Origin: Aggregatilineales bacterium
Lineage (GTDB): Bacteria > Chloroflexota > Anaerolineae > Aggregatilineales > Phototrophicaceae
DNA length: 24,000 bases
Assembly: GCA_044226645.1 (NCBI GenBank)
Contig: JBGAGR010000023.1
Coordinates: forward strand, 1,409 to 25,408
Direction: 5' to 3'
Shown: positions 1 to 9,159 of the stretch, in pieces
Numbering within the stretch: position 1 is the first letter of the stretch
Layout of the letters: every line of letters begins with the position of its first letter
Notes under the pieces: model-generated
Databases searched by the model: none
What the model was told of the DNA's origin: nothing
Seen by the model: only the letters and a program-made list of their open reading frames with translations
Program-made: the position numbers and the translations under genes

Positions 1-186
1 ATGGCAATCCGGGAAGCCGCCGCCGTTCTCGCCGTTTTCCCCGTCATCGCCGCCGCCGACCCCCTCGGCGGGGCAGCGATGAGAGAAACTGCTGCCATGA
101 ATGCGGCGGTCAACATAGCACCATCGGGATCACATCATTCAAGTTCTATTCGCCTCTTTCAGGAGTCGAAAATTGCACGTTTACGG

Positions 187-1152
187 TTACTGCCCTGCCA
201 GACCGGAATAATTCACCCCTTCGACAAAGTAACGCTGGAAGAAGAAAAAGACCAGTGCCAGCGGTAAGGTTGTCACGACTGAACCTGCCAGAAAAGCATC
301 CCAGGGGAGCGCCGAGCCGAAATTGCCGCGCAGCAAGGCTAAACCTAACGGCAGATTCCACAGGTCAGGGTTGCGTTGTGCCACGATGAGCGGGTCAAGG
401 AAGGCATTCCACATGCCCTGAAAGCTGAAGATGGCTAAAGCGGTCAAAGCCGGAGTCGCCATCGGCAGGATGATGCGGAAGAACATCACATAACGGTTGG
501 CTCCATCGACCTGTGCGGCTTCTTCAATTTCTGTCGGGATCGATTCGAAGAACTGCTTCATCAGGAAAATACCGAACGCGCTGGTCGCTGCTGGAAGAAT
601 AAGCCCCTGATAAGTATCCAGCATTCCCAGCGAGCGCATGATGATAAAACGCGGGATGATGAGGACAATGCCGGGAATCATCATGGTTCCGAGAATGATG
701 AAAAAGAATAGGCGGTTGCCGGGAAATTTCAGCCGTGCCAGTGCATAACCTGCCATCGAGTCCAGCAGGAGATGCAATACAGTTGCCGATACGGAAAGGA
801 ATACGCTGTTGAACAACCAGCGCGGGATGCGTGGGTCACTGCTTTTCAGGTAGCCATCCAGACTCGGATTGAAGGATGCAGCAGTAGAGGTTTCATCAGC
901 AGGGCGCTGACCGCCTTTCTCATTCGTGCAGGAAATGCCGATGGGCGGTGCAGGAAAAAGCGCGAGCGGATTGGAATTAATAGATGGCAGGCACTTAAAG
1001 GAATTGACCACTGTAAAGACAAACGGCATGACCTGTACCAGCGCGAAGAAGATCAGGAATATCGCACCAATGATGGTCAGGATGTGACGGATATTGATTC
1101 GAAAGCCTTTGCTCTGTTGATGGTCTGGAAGGGTTGTTGCTGCTGTCGCCAT
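187..1152 (-). CDS. carbohydrate ABC transporter permease (CUT1 family, MalG/LacG-like)
   Basis: 321-aa ORF with a multi-TM hydrophobic profile. Contains the EAA-loop signature 'IPTEIEEAAQVDGANRYVMFFRIILPMATPAL'. A GGAGGAA Shine-Dalgarno lies just upstream of the ATG at 1152. Only 9 nt separate it from the preceding permease gene. Confidence 0.88.
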   Translation of the reverse strand: MATAATTLPDHQQSKGFRINIRHILTIIGAIFLIFFALVQVMPFVFTVVNSFKCLPSINSNPLALFPAPPIGISCTNEKGGQRPADETSTAASFNPSLDGYLKSSDPRIPRWLFNSVFLSVSATVLHLLLDSMAGYALARLKFPGNRLFFFIILGTMMIPGIVLIIPRFIIMRSLGMLDTYQGLILPAATSAFGIFLMKQFFESIPTEIEEAAQVDGANRYVMFFRIILPMATPALTALAIFSFQGMWNAFLDPLIVAQRNPDLWNLPLGLALLRGNFGSALPWDAFLAGSVVTTLPLALVFFFFQRYFVEGVNYSGLAGQ

Positions 1153-1161
1153 AGTTCCTCC

Positions 1162-2232
1162 CTATTCGTCCGCGCGTTCGCCAACAATGCGGCGCTGAAG
1201 CATGGTGAATGTAAAAATGATAATGAACAGCACAATCGCAGTTGCTGCTGCCAGACCCATTGCGGAATTTTTGAAGCCATTCTGGAAAACGATGTAAGCA
1301 ATCGTAACCGTCGTTTTGGCGGGGCCACCGCTGGAAATCACAAATATCTGGTCGAATACCTGAAAGCATCCGATCAGGCCGAGCGTGACGACGAAGAAAA
1401 TCGTCGGACGGAGCAGGGGGACTGTGATTTTGCGGAATATCTGCCACATTGTCGCGCCATCGACATAGGCCGCTTCATACACCTGACCGGGGATGTTTTG
1501 CAGTGCAGCAAGGAAGATCACCATCATCGTCCCGATAGTCGTCCAGGTGTTCAGTATCATGATGGTCAGCATGGTCGTGCTGGGGCCGCTGATCCAATCC
1601 CAGATGCGCAGTCCGGCGATTTCCGAGCGCACCCATTCCGGCGCACTTTTGAGAGTGATGCCGAACGCACCAAGAATGTTATGGAATAAGCCCGTCGCGT
1701 CGTCCAACCAGTTCACCGATTGGTAGTTCGGCACGATGGCTTTAATCAGGTTGTTGACCAGTCCTCCCCGTGTGAACATCCACATGAAGATGAGTGAAAT
1801 CACGACGGATGAGGTGATGGACGGGAAATAAAAAGCCGTTCGGAAGAAACCTTTAGCCCTCAACCAGCGTTGATTGACCACCACAGCTAACAGCAGGGCG
1901 AGAATGGTCTGCGTCGGAACCACGCCAAGCACATAATAGACTGTGTTTTTCAGTGATTTATAAAAATCCTGCTGGCGAATGCCGGGGTTAATGAGCAGGT
2001 CAGCATAATTTTCCAAACCAACCATCTGAAAGGCATCTTTTTCCGCTAACGGGGTGATTCCGTTCCAATCGGTAAAGCTCAAATAGAGCGAAATCAGGAT
2101 GGGGATAATCAAGAAGATCAGGAAAATAAGGAGCGCAGGCAGTAGGAAACTGTAACCCACTATGACTTCTTCACGCCGTTTGTCTGCAAGTGTCGCAGTT
2201 CGGGTGGCTGGCAAGGTCGCGGTATGCTGCAC
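1162..2232 (-). CDS. carbohydrate ABC transporter permease (CUT1 family, MalF/LacF-like)
   Basis: 356-aa hydrophobic ORF with the EAA loop '[26 protein letters not shown]'. The start is GTG at 2232, preceded by GGGAGGAAG. Confidence 0.88.
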   Translation of the reverse strand: MQHTATLPATRTATLADKRREEVIVGYSFLLPALLIFLIFLIIPILISLYLSFTDWNGITPLAEKDAFQMVGLENYADLLINPGIRQQDFYKSLKNTVYYVLGVVPTQTILALLLAVVVNQRWLRAKGFFRTAFYFPSITSSVVISLIFMWMFTRGGLVNNLIKAIVPNYQSVNWLDDATGLFHNILGAFGITLKSAPEWVRSEIAGLRIWDWISGPSTTMLTIMILNTWTTIGTMMVIFLAALQNIPGQVYEAAYVDGATMWQIFRKITVPLLRPTIFFVVTLGLIGCFQVFDQIFVISSGGPAKTTVTIAYIVFQNGFKNSAMGLAAATAIVLFIIIFTFTMLQRRIVGERADE

Positions 2233-2268
2233 GACTTCCTCCCTCTATCAATAAGCAATTTTTAGAAA

Positions 2269-2290
2269 GGGACACGTTTCGGCGTGTCCC
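2269..2290 (-). terminator. intercistronic GC-rich stem-loop between the binding-protein and permease genes (partial terminator or mRNA stabiliser)
   Basis: Perfect 8-bp stem GGGACACG (2269-2276) / CGTGTCCC (2283-2290) with a 6-nt loop. On the minus strand it is followed by TTTCTAAAAATT. Confidence 0.55.
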
Positions 2291-2307
2291 TGAGAGCAGA
2301 GTGCTAT

Positions 2308-3576
2308 TTATTTCTTCATGAGTTCGTCAGCAACGGCAGAAGCATCGCTGACAACATCTTCAGCCAGTTTATTACCGCTGAAGGCTTCCTGTAGGCTGGC
2401 GTTGAAGGTATCGTTGAACTGATTCCAACCCGCAGGCAGAATCCAGGGTACCGCATAAGCCGCACCAGCCGGGAATGAACCCAGTTCGGCTGCCAGATCA
2501 CCCATCTTCATATCGGTCAGCTTCTTCGTCCAGGTATCCTGCCATGCCTGTGTCGCGCTGGCACGAGTCGGCAGTACACCGAAGCCGCTGGTAGCAACCA
2601 TCATTTCGCCTTCTGCGCCGGTCAGGAAATTGACCAGCTTCCACGATTCATCGGGATGGGCATTGCTCTTGGCATTCACGCCGTAGCATACCGAGTAAAT
2701 CATAGTGGCCTGTCCACCATCCGGTCCCTTCGGCAGTTCGGAAACGCCCCATTGCAGGTCAGGCGCGTTATCCAGCATCGGCTGAATGACCCAGTTGCCT
2801 TCCATGACCATCGCGGCGCGGCCTTTCCAGAGGGCTTCACCACCCCAACCAGAGTCCACTGCTGAACTCGGCGCGGCGGTTCCGGCTGTGACCATATCGA
2901 GGAAGTAGCTGATCGCGCCAGTGGTCGCGTCACTGTTGAAGGTATAATTGCCATCGGCATCGAACAGCGAACCGCCATTCTGATAAACGAAGGGCAGCCA
3001 GCGGTTCAGGTCAGCAGGCAGTACCAGACCGATCACCTTATTGCCGTCCTTATCGGTTCCGGTCAGCTTTTCAGCCGCAGCCTTCAGGTCATCCCATGTC
3101 CAGTCGGCAGTCGGATAAGCGACACCTGCCGCATCGAACATGGCCTTGTTATATTCCAGGCCGAGGATCGAGTAATCCTTCGCCGGACAATAGAGTGTAC
3201 CATCCTTCGTGAACATATTACGCAGAGCGGGGAAAATGTCATCGGGATTTTCGATTTTATCCGAACCATCCGCGATTACCCCTGCGTCTGCCCATGAATT
3301 GAAGACATCGCTGTTGACATAGAACACTTCAGCATAATCGCCACTGGCAAACGCGGTCTGCATGGTGGTGGCGTATTCCGGCAGCGGATTAAACTCAACT
3401 TTAATATCGGGGTTGGCTGCCATAAAAGCATCCAACATCGTTTGCAGTGCGGCATCTTCCGCAGGGCTGGAAGCCCAACCCGCCAGACGCAGTGTAACCG
3501 GGTCTTGTGCCTGTGCCAGACCGGTGAGCGAAAGCGCCAGCACCATGACTGCTACGAATACAAAGAACTTACGCAT
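2308..3576 (-). CDS. extracellular sugar-binding protein of an ABC transporter (SBP family 1)
   Basis: N-terminal Sec signal 'MRKFFVFVAVMVLALSLTGLAQAQ' with no lipobox Cys. The Trp/Asp/Gly-rich body is typical of sugar SBPs. I prefer the ATG at 3576 over the track start at 3588, because codons 2-3 of the longer ORF spell GGAGGAG (3587-3581), an SD correctly spaced for 3576. Confidence 0.85.
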   Translation of the reverse strand: MRKFFVFVAVMVLALSLTGLAQAQDPVTLRLAGWASSPAEDAALQTMLDAFMAANPDIKVEFNPLPEYATTMQTAFASGDYAEVFYVNSDVFNSWADAGVIADGSDKIENPDDIFPALRNMFTKDGTLYCPAKDYSILGLEYNKAMFDAAGVAYPTADWTWDDLKAAAEKLTGTDKDGNKVIGLVLPADLNRWLPFVYQNGGSLFDADGNYTFNSDATTGAISYFLDMVTAGTAAPSSAVDSGWGGEALWKGRAAMVMEGNWVIQPMLDNAPDLQWGVSELPKGPDGGQATMIYSVCYGVNAKSNAHPDESWKLVNFLTGAEGEMMVATSGFGVLPTRASATQAWQDTWTKKLTDMKMGDLAAELGSFPAGAAYAVPWILPAGWNQFNDTFNASLQEAFSGNKLAEDVVSDASAVADELMKK

Positions 3577-3621
3577 ACTCTCCTCCATAATTTATATTCT
3601 CTGCGTGATTCAACAGCCTCG

Positions 3622-5844
3622 TCACGCTCTCGAGGCAACTTTTTCGGGGTTATCAACGGTAATGCGCCGTTGTTTACCCCGATAGTTCACCGTAAAGGAC
3701 ACCCGTTTCCAGTGTTCCGGTAAACGAGGGTCAAGCGCCAATTCACCATCGGTATTGATATGCAGGCCGCAAAAACCAAATGCGAGTGCCTGCCATAATC
3801 CGCCGCTGGCTGCGCCGTGAATGCCATCCCGCACGTTGCCTTTGTTGTCGTTCAGATCAATCGAGGCAGCATGTTCAAACATGTCATAGGCGGTTTCATC
3901 CAGTCCGAGGCGCGCCGCGACCCAGGCATGTACCGCTGGACTGAGGGATGAGCCATGATCGCAGCGGGGAAAATAGGTGTTCCAGTTATTCATCATCACT
4001 TCGCGCGAACCGACCTCATCGCCCAGCAAGGCCATGAGCATGACTACATCCGGCTGTTTGATGACCTGGGTCTGAATGCTGCGTTTATGTCCGATGATGG
4101 CCTGAACGCTGAGGGTGCGCGGTTCATAATGCTCGACCGGGATATATTCCTGTTCGAAGAAGCCGGGGAATTGAATATGAATCTGTTTTTCGTCATCAAA
4201 TGGGATAAACATCTTCTCAATCACATCCTGCCAGTGATCGAGGCGAGCTTCACTCAGAAAAAGTGCGCCCGCGAGCCGTTCGGCATCGGATGGCGCGTTT
4301 TGCTTCAGCCATTCCAACAGCATCAACGCCTGCTTGAGATGCCAGACGACCATACTGTTGGTAAAAACGCTGTTATCGACATTTTCATGATATTCATCCG
4401 GACCGATTTGCTGCGAAAGTTCGTAGCGCCCATTTTTAGCTTCAACACGGCTGCCCCAGAAAACCGCCGTATCCAGCACGATTTCCGCACCATATTTCAG
4501 TAAAAAGTCATCATCACCTGTCCAGCGCCAGTATTGCAGCACCGCATAGGCGATGTCCGTCGAGATATGTTGTTCGCTGTCACCTGTCCAGATGCGAATG
4601 CGCGAACCATCTGGCTGCGGGTCTGACCACTGCGGCGTAGTTTCTTCGCCTGTATCGGTACTTTCCCAGGGGTACATTGCGCCTTCATAGCCATTGGTTT
4701 TGGCTTTATTCCGTGCGCCTGCCAGCCGGTGATAGCGATACATCAGCAGGTTATGTGCGATTTTCGGCTGTGTGACGATGAGTGGTGGGAGGATAAACAG
4801 TTCGGTATCCCAGAACACGTGGCCTTTGTAGCCAGTACCGGAGAGCGTTTTCGCGCCAATACTGACATCATCGTCATGACGGGGTGCAGCAATCAGGATG
4901 TGATACTGCGTAAAGCGGATAGCAAGCTGCGCGAATTCGTCGCCTTCGATTTCTACATCGCTGCTTTGCCAATATTGCGCCCACTCGGCCTGATGCGCCT
5001 TGAGTAGTGCGTCGTAATCGGGTTTTTTGGATAAGGCCGCCAGTTCAGTAATCGCAGCATCAAGCGGCTTTTCGACATCGCGGCTAGTGTAAATGGTGGT
5101 GAATTTCAACAGTTCAATCGACTGCTCGTGACCCAGGCGGAAATGTGCTTGCGTGACAAATCCCTGTTCAGGGTCTTTTCCCGTGACGGCATTGGGCGCG
5201 ACGAAATGTGATGCCATGCCGATGCGATAGCCGGACTGCTGTGTTTTCATTTCAAGGCCGATGGTGTTGTCCCAACTGTTGATCTGCGCATCACCCCAAT
5301 GGGTAACGCCGAGATTGGTCGCATGCTGGTCAATGAAGGATTTGACTTCAATTTCCGGTTCACCATCTACGGCGATAAGTTGTACACGCTGCGCCATGAC
5401 ATGTTGATTGGCAAGGCTGGCGAAACGCTCAAAAATCAGGCGGACAATCGAACCGGACTCGGCGCGGAATAAAACTTCACGCCGAAGTACACCTTGATTG
5501 ATAAGCAGCCTGCGCTTGTAGCCTAAAACTGCGCCGCCAGTGGGTTTCAGATCGGTATTGTTCTGATTGATAAGGCGGAAAGGGGTTCTGTCAATGGTCA
5601 GATGAATGGGCAGCCAGTTTGGCGAGTTAACTAACTCTGGCACCAGCATCCCCGGTGCATGGTCAAAAATACCATGCACCATGGTTGTCGGCAGATCATC
5701 TTCATAGCCTTCTTCAAATGTCCCGCGTGTCGCCAGATAGCCGTTGCCAATGGTGAAAAGAGTCTCGTAGTGGTTCAGTTTTTCAGGATGAAACGGGAAT
5801 TCTTCTATCTCCCAGAGCTTCTGACGCACGATGAATTTCTCCAA
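3622..5844 (-). CDS. glycoside hydrolase family 65 disaccharide phosphorylase (kojibiose/maltose/trehalose phosphorylase type)
   Basis: 740-aa ORF. N-terminus 'YETLFTIGNGYLATRGTFEEGY' and the catalytic-acid region 'GYEGAMYPWESTDTGEE' match GH65 as I recall it. A beta-phosphoglucomutase gene lies nearby. The track start is TTG at 5844; a GTG at 5829 with GGAGA 8 nt upstream is an alternative. Confidence 0.85.
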   Translation of the reverse strand: MEKFIVRQKLWEIEEFPFHPEKLNHYETLFTIGNGYLATRGTFEEGYEDDLPTTMVHGIFDHAPGMLVPELVNSPNWLPIHLTIDRTPFRLINQNNTDLKPTGGAVLGYKRRLLINQGVLRREVLFRAESGSIVRLIFERFASLANQHVMAQRVQLIAVDGEPEIEVKSFIDQHATNLGVTHWGDAQINSWDNTIGLEMKTQQSGYRIGMASHFVAPNAVTGKDPEQGFVTQAHFRLGHEQSIELLKFTTIYTSRDVEKPLDAAITELAALSKKPDYDALLKAHQAEWAQYWQSSDVEIEGDEFAQLAIRFTQYHILIAAPRHDDDVSIGAKTLSGTGYKGHVFWDTELFILPPLIVTQPKIAHNLLMYRYHRLAGARNKAKTNGYEGAMYPWESTDTGEETTPQWSDPQPDGSRIRIWTGDSEQHISTDIAYAVLQYWRWTGDDDFLLKYGAEIVLDTAVFWGSRVEAKNGRYELSQQIGPDEYHENVDNSVFTNSMVVWHLKQALMLLEWLKQNAPSDAERLAGALFLSEARLDHWQDVIEKMFIPFDDEKQIHIQFPGFFEQEYIPVEHYEPRTLSVQAIIGHKRSIQTQVIKQPDVVMLMALLGDEVGSREVMMNNWNTYFPRCDHGSSLSPAVHAWVAARLGLDETAYDMFEHAASIDLNDNKGNVRDGIHGAASGGLWQALAFGFCGLHINTDGELALDPRLPEHWKRVSFTVNYRGKQRRITVDNPEKVASRA

Positions 5845-5860
5845 ACCAGCAATAAGCAGC

Positions 5861-5889
5861 TTAAACGTTTAATTCACTTAAACGTTTAA
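5861..5889. promoter_or_regulatory. two tandem LacI-type operator palindromes TTAAACGTTTAA
   Basis: Two identical, perfectly palindromic, CG-centred 12-mers at 5861-5872 and 5878-5889, each inside the 14-nt direct repeat CTTAAACGTTTAAT. Centres are 17 bp apart. They lie 17-45 nt upstream of the GH65 start, in the divergent region shared with the LacI gene at 6072. Confidence 0.65.
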
Positions 5890-6071
5890 TATAGCGGATT
5901 TGCGCGTTTTAGCCAACTATTTGCCAGAAAATCTGGCAAAATTATATAAGTTGCACAATTTCCCCTTCAGGTCAGATTGATTCAGGCATGACTTTTCTTG
6001 ACCTTTGCTGGTATTTTGGCAACACATTGCTGTATGATGGGGCTGCCACCCAGTTACACTAGGAAGATGAG

Positions 6072-7094
6072 ATGCCAACCATCAAAGATGTCGCGCGGGA
6101 AGCAGGGGTATCTATCGCTACTGTTTCATATGTTCTGAATAACAAAATGACCTTCGTGAGCGAGGAAACACGTCGCCAGGTACTGGAAACCATTGAACGC
6201 ATCGGTTATACGCCCAATGTCACCGCTCGAAATCTAAAGGCCAGTCAAACCCGGTTAATTGGCTATGCTTGGCATAAAGTCCGTGATGATGAAGTGAACC
6301 CGGTGTTAGACCGTTTCGCCTATTATCTTGCTCAGGCCGTTGAGGCGGCGGGTTATCACCTGCTGACATTTACGCACGAGCAGGATAATCCTGAACCCGT
6401 TTACGATGAATTGATTCGAATGCAGCGGCTGGATGGCTTTGTTTTATCGGGCACAGTTCGTGATGACAGAAGAATTCGCTTTTTGATGGATGCGGGTTTC
6501 CCTTTTGTGAGCTTTGGTCGCGCGAACGCCAATTGGGATTTTCCCTGGGTAGATACGGATGGTCGCGAGGGCGTGCGAAGCGTTGTCAATTATTTGACTT
6601 CTCTGGGGCATGAGCGAATCGCCATGGTCGCATGGCCTGAAGAATCCATTTCCGGCAGCTTCCGCGTTCAGGGCTATATCGAGGCGTTGGAATTGGTGGG
6701 TCTTCCTTTTTCGCCCGAATATCTGATCCGCGATGAGCACAGTGAAATGGCTGGACGACACGCCCTGATGCAGTGGATGCAGCTTCCCGCGAACGAGCGT
6801 CCTACGGCGATTATTGCGATTACTGATTTGGTGGCCATCGGCATTCTCAATCAGGCAGAAGCCTTTGGTTTGACGATTGGTCGTGATCTATCGGTTGTTG
6901 GATTTGACGATATACCGATGGGACAATATCTGCATCCACCCTTAACGACGGTTCGCCAGCCCATTGGGGAAATCGGGCAGGAGATTGTCCGTATTCTCAA
7001 TACAGGGCTGAATAAAGGTAAGTGGAATGATTGTCACAGCTTGATTCCACCAACCTTGATTATCCGCGAGTCATGTGGGGTTCCGTCGGCTTAG
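6072..7094 (+). CDS. LacI/GalR-family transcriptional repressor
   Basis: N-terminal HTH 'MPTIKDVAREAGVSIATVSYVLNN', followed by a periplasmic-binding-protein-like sugar-sensor fold ('VVGFDDIPM' motif). AGGAAG SD upstream. Confidence 0.9.
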   Translation: MPTIKDVAREAGVSIATVSYVLNNKMTFVSEETRRQVLETIERIGYTPNVTARNLKASQTRLIGYAWHKVRDDEVNPVLDRFAYYLAQAVEAAGYHLLTFTHEQDNPEPVYDELIRMQRLDGFVLSGTVRDDRRIRFLMDAGFPFVSFGRANANWDFPWVDTDGREGVRSVVNYLTSLGHERIAMVAWPEESISGSFRVQGYIEALELVGLPFSPEYLIRDEHSEMAGRHALMQWMQLPANERPTAIIAITDLVAIGILNQAEAFGLTIGRDLSVVGFDDIPMGQYLHPPLTTVRQPIGEIGQEIVRILNTGLNKGKWNDCHSLIPPTLIIRESCGVPSA

Positions 7095-7733
7095 CCAGTT
7101 TTGTAACACCTCGCGCGGGGTAATGGCCTGTAGACCCGATACTACCATATGCGCACGGGAAACATTCGCCGACCCGATGCCAATGGCATGAAAGCCTCCT
7201 GTCAAGGCAGCTTCAATGCCTGCTTCAGCATCCTCAAAAACCACGGCTTCCAATGGGGACACATTCAATCTCCCTGCCACCCATATGAACAGATCGGATG
7301 CGGGTTTAGAATTGACCACACTATGACCATCGCCAATAGCATTGAATAGGTCAAGAATTTCCAATCGTTCGAGTACTGTCCGCGCGTTCTTACTGGCAGA
7401 ACCAATACCGAGCAAAATTCCCATGCTGCGTGCTTCAGCCAAAAAATCCATAACCCCCGGCAGACAATTATCAGGTGTGATGGTTTCCAGATACTGGCTG
7501 TAATAAGAATTTTTCCGCTCCATCCAGGCTAATGCTGTTGCCTCTTCAATAATCTTCCCTTTTAGGATCCGATTCAGGCTCTCACGCCGCGAGACACCGC
7601 GAAGTTGATCATTGTCTGCACGAGTGAATGAGATGTTTTCTTCATCAGCCAGGCGTTTCCAGGCTCGGTAGTGGAATTCTGCCGTATCCGTAATAACGCC
7701 GTCCAAATCAAAAATAAAAGCTCGAATTGCCAT
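7071..7733 (-). CDS. pgmB: beta-phosphoglucomutase (HAD superfamily)
   Basis: 220-aa ORF. 'FIFDLDGVITDTAEFHYRAWKRLADE' carries the HAD DxDG nucleophile motif with the beta-PGM-typical cap. Also 'GIGSASKN' and 'VFEDAEAGIEAA'. It is genomically linked to a GH65 phosphorylase, which produces beta-glucose-1-phosphate. Confidence 0.85.
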   Translation of the reverse strand: MAIRAFIFDLDGVITDTAEFHYRAWKRLADEENISFTRADNDQLRGVSRRESLNRILKGKIIEEATALAWMERKNSYYSQYLETITPDNCLPGVMDFLAEARSMGILLGIGSASKNARTVLERLEILDLFNAIGDGHSVVNSKPASDLFIWVAGRLNVSPLEAVVFEDAEAGIEAALTGGFHAIGIGSANVSRAHMVVSGLQAITPREVLQNWLSRRNPT

Positions 7734-7776
7734 ATTACTTTAGACTTTCGTTGTAGAATGTCCTTGATGTATGATA

Positions 7777-7788
7777 TTAAACGATTAA
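7777..7788. promoter_or_regulatory. third copy (one mismatch) of the TTAAACGTTTAA operator, upstream of pgmB
   Basis: TTAAACGATTAA lies 44 nt upstream of the pgmB ATG (7733). On the minus strand it sits directly downstream of a TTGTCA -35-like hexamer (7796-7791). Confidence 0.5.
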
Positions 7789-7878
7789 GGTGACAAAGTA
7801 CAGCGGTCAACTAGGCTATGGTTCTACTAAATTTCAACACCAGAAATCCTCATTCAGCCTCTCCGATTTTCAAACTTA

Positions 7879-7907
7879 TTGACAATTCACATGATTTCTG
7901 ATAACGT
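7879..7907 (+). promoter_or_regulatory. sigma70-like promoter of the second LacI gene/operon
   Basis: TTGACA (7879-7884), a 17-nt spacer, then TAACGT (7902-7907, which keeps the TAnnnT positions). The -10 lies inside the palindromic operator. Confidence 0.5.
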
Positions 7908-7929
7908 TATCAGAAATCGTTATCAGAAA
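7893..7929. promoter_or_regulatory. 26-bp perfect palindromic LacI-type operator plus an extra half-site
   Basis: GATTTCTGATAACGTTATCAGAAATC (7893-7918) equals its own reverse complement and is CG-centred. The half-site CGTTATCAGAAA is repeated at 7905-7916 and 7918-7929. The region ends 12 nt before the ATG at 7941. Confidence 0.7.
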
Positions 7930-7940
7930 AATTATTTTTC

Positions 7941-8999
7941 ATGACCAAAAAGAATACTACTGCTCGTAGTGAAAATCGTGGTGTCACTATAGGGGATGTC
8001 GCCAAAGCTGCTGGTGTATCTATCCCAACCGTTTCACGCATCCTCAACGGCAAGGAATATGTAGCTGACGAAACACGCCAACGTGTTAACGATGCTATTC
8101 GCACCTTAGGCTATACTCCCCACACTCAGGCTCGCCGTTTGCGTGGGGGCGCGACTATGACTCTGGCGCTGCATCATCCTATCGAATCCCCTCACGATCT
8201 CAGTAACGCTATTGAAACCTCCTATTTCACTGGCACAGCAGAAGCGGCCAGCGAAAAAGAATATTTCATTAATTTTCTCGTATCACAGCTAACCCCTGAA
8301 TCATTACTCAACATGTACCGGAGCAGCCAGATTGATGGGATTATCCTGCTTCAAGTCCGTATGGATGATTGGCGTGTCAATCTCCTTCGGGAACATGATT
8401 ATCCCTTCGTCATGATTGGTCGCTGTGCCGATTTGGAAGGCTTAACCTTCATTGACCTTGATTTTGAGAATGCAATGCTTCTGGCGTTCAATCATCTGGT
8501 CGGGTTAGGGCACAGACACATTGGATTTCTAACTTACCCTGAATCCTGGCGTAAAGCTGGAATTGGCCCCTCGGTTCGCTCTCTCGACGGGTATCAGCAA
8601 GCGCTAAACCACTATGGTTTCCGTAGCAGCTACCGTGAAATTGGGTTGAACAGTGTTGAAGAAGGTTTTGAGGGAACTCACGACTTGCTTCAGGAGAACC
8701 CCGAACTGACGGCCATTATTACGGTAAGCCATTTGACAGCCGCTGGCAGTATCAAAGCTTTAGCTGCGCAAGGTCGCAGTGTCCCCCAGGATTGCTCGGT
8801 AATGAGCATCGGCTTTGGTGGTGATTTCGCCAGCGTCGTTACACCCTCGCTGACCACATTGGAATGGTCGCCATATGAGGTTAGTTACCAGGCGACTATT
8901 TTGATGACCGAGAAACTCAAACAGCACGATTTACCCGCTCAACAGATTCTTGTCGCGCCCAATTTAGTGGTCAGGGAGAGTACCAAAGCAGTGACTTAA
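7941..8999 (+). CDS. LacI/GalR-family transcriptional repressor
   Basis: HTH 'VTIGDVAKAAGVSIPTVSRILNGKEYVADETRQRVNDAIRTLGYTPH', then a sugar-binding-domain-like C-terminus. No obvious SD before the ATG. Confidence 0.88.
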   Translation: MTKKNTTARSENRGVTIGDVAKAAGVSIPTVSRILNGKEYVADETRQRVNDAIRTLGYTPHTQARRLRGGATMTLALHHPIESPHDLSNAIETSYFTGTAEAASEKEYFINFLVSQLTPESLLNMYRSSQIDGIILLQVRMDDWRVNLLREHDYPFVMIGRCADLEGLTFIDLDFENAMLLAFNHLVGLGHRHIGFLTYPESWRKAGIGPSVRSLDGYQQALNHYGFRSSYREIGLNSVEEGFEGTHDLLQENPELTAIITVSHLTAAGSIKALAAQGRSVPQDCSVMSIGFGGDFASVVTPSLTTLEWSPYEVSYQATILMTEKLKQHDLPAQQILVAPNLVVRESTKAVT

Positions 9000-9159
9000 A
9001 CCAGATTTTCTTCTAATAACCTTTAGTAATTTCATTAACCAGTGCTTGTGATGGAGGGTTAGCCTATGGTTTTATCCCGCTAGTTTAGTTTTGCCTGATG
9101 CAGGAATATCGCTTTCGTAAAAAGATCATTCCGTTAGTACATTTAGAGGAGAAGCTATC

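Noticed and set aside
1-267. 88-aa plus-strand ORF at the window edge, and a competing minus-strand open frame from ATG 116 to position 1 (MLTAAFMAAVSLIAAPPRGS...)
   Set aside because: Both frames are open in a GC-rich stretch and neither has a clear SD or motif. The plus ORF would overlap the permease 3' end by about 80 nt. The minus-strand frame could be the next gene of the operon. With fewer than 40 codons visible, I cannot support either call.
772-1689. 305-aa plus-strand ORF
   Set aside because: It is entirely antisense to two well-supported permease genes. The translation is Cys/Arg/His-rich with no recognisable motif. This is the typical shadow ORF of a gene on the opposite strand.
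3955-5007. 182-aa, 65-aa and 92-aa ORFs within the GH65 region
   Set aside because: They are antisense or alternate-frame ORFs inside a 740-aa CDS with strong family motifs, and none has supporting signals.
5998-6038. sigma70 promoter for LacI #1 (TTGACC 5998-6003; TATGAT 6033-6038)
   Set aside because: The two hexamers are 29 nt apart, and no properly spaced partner exists for either. The promoter cannot be placed with confidence.
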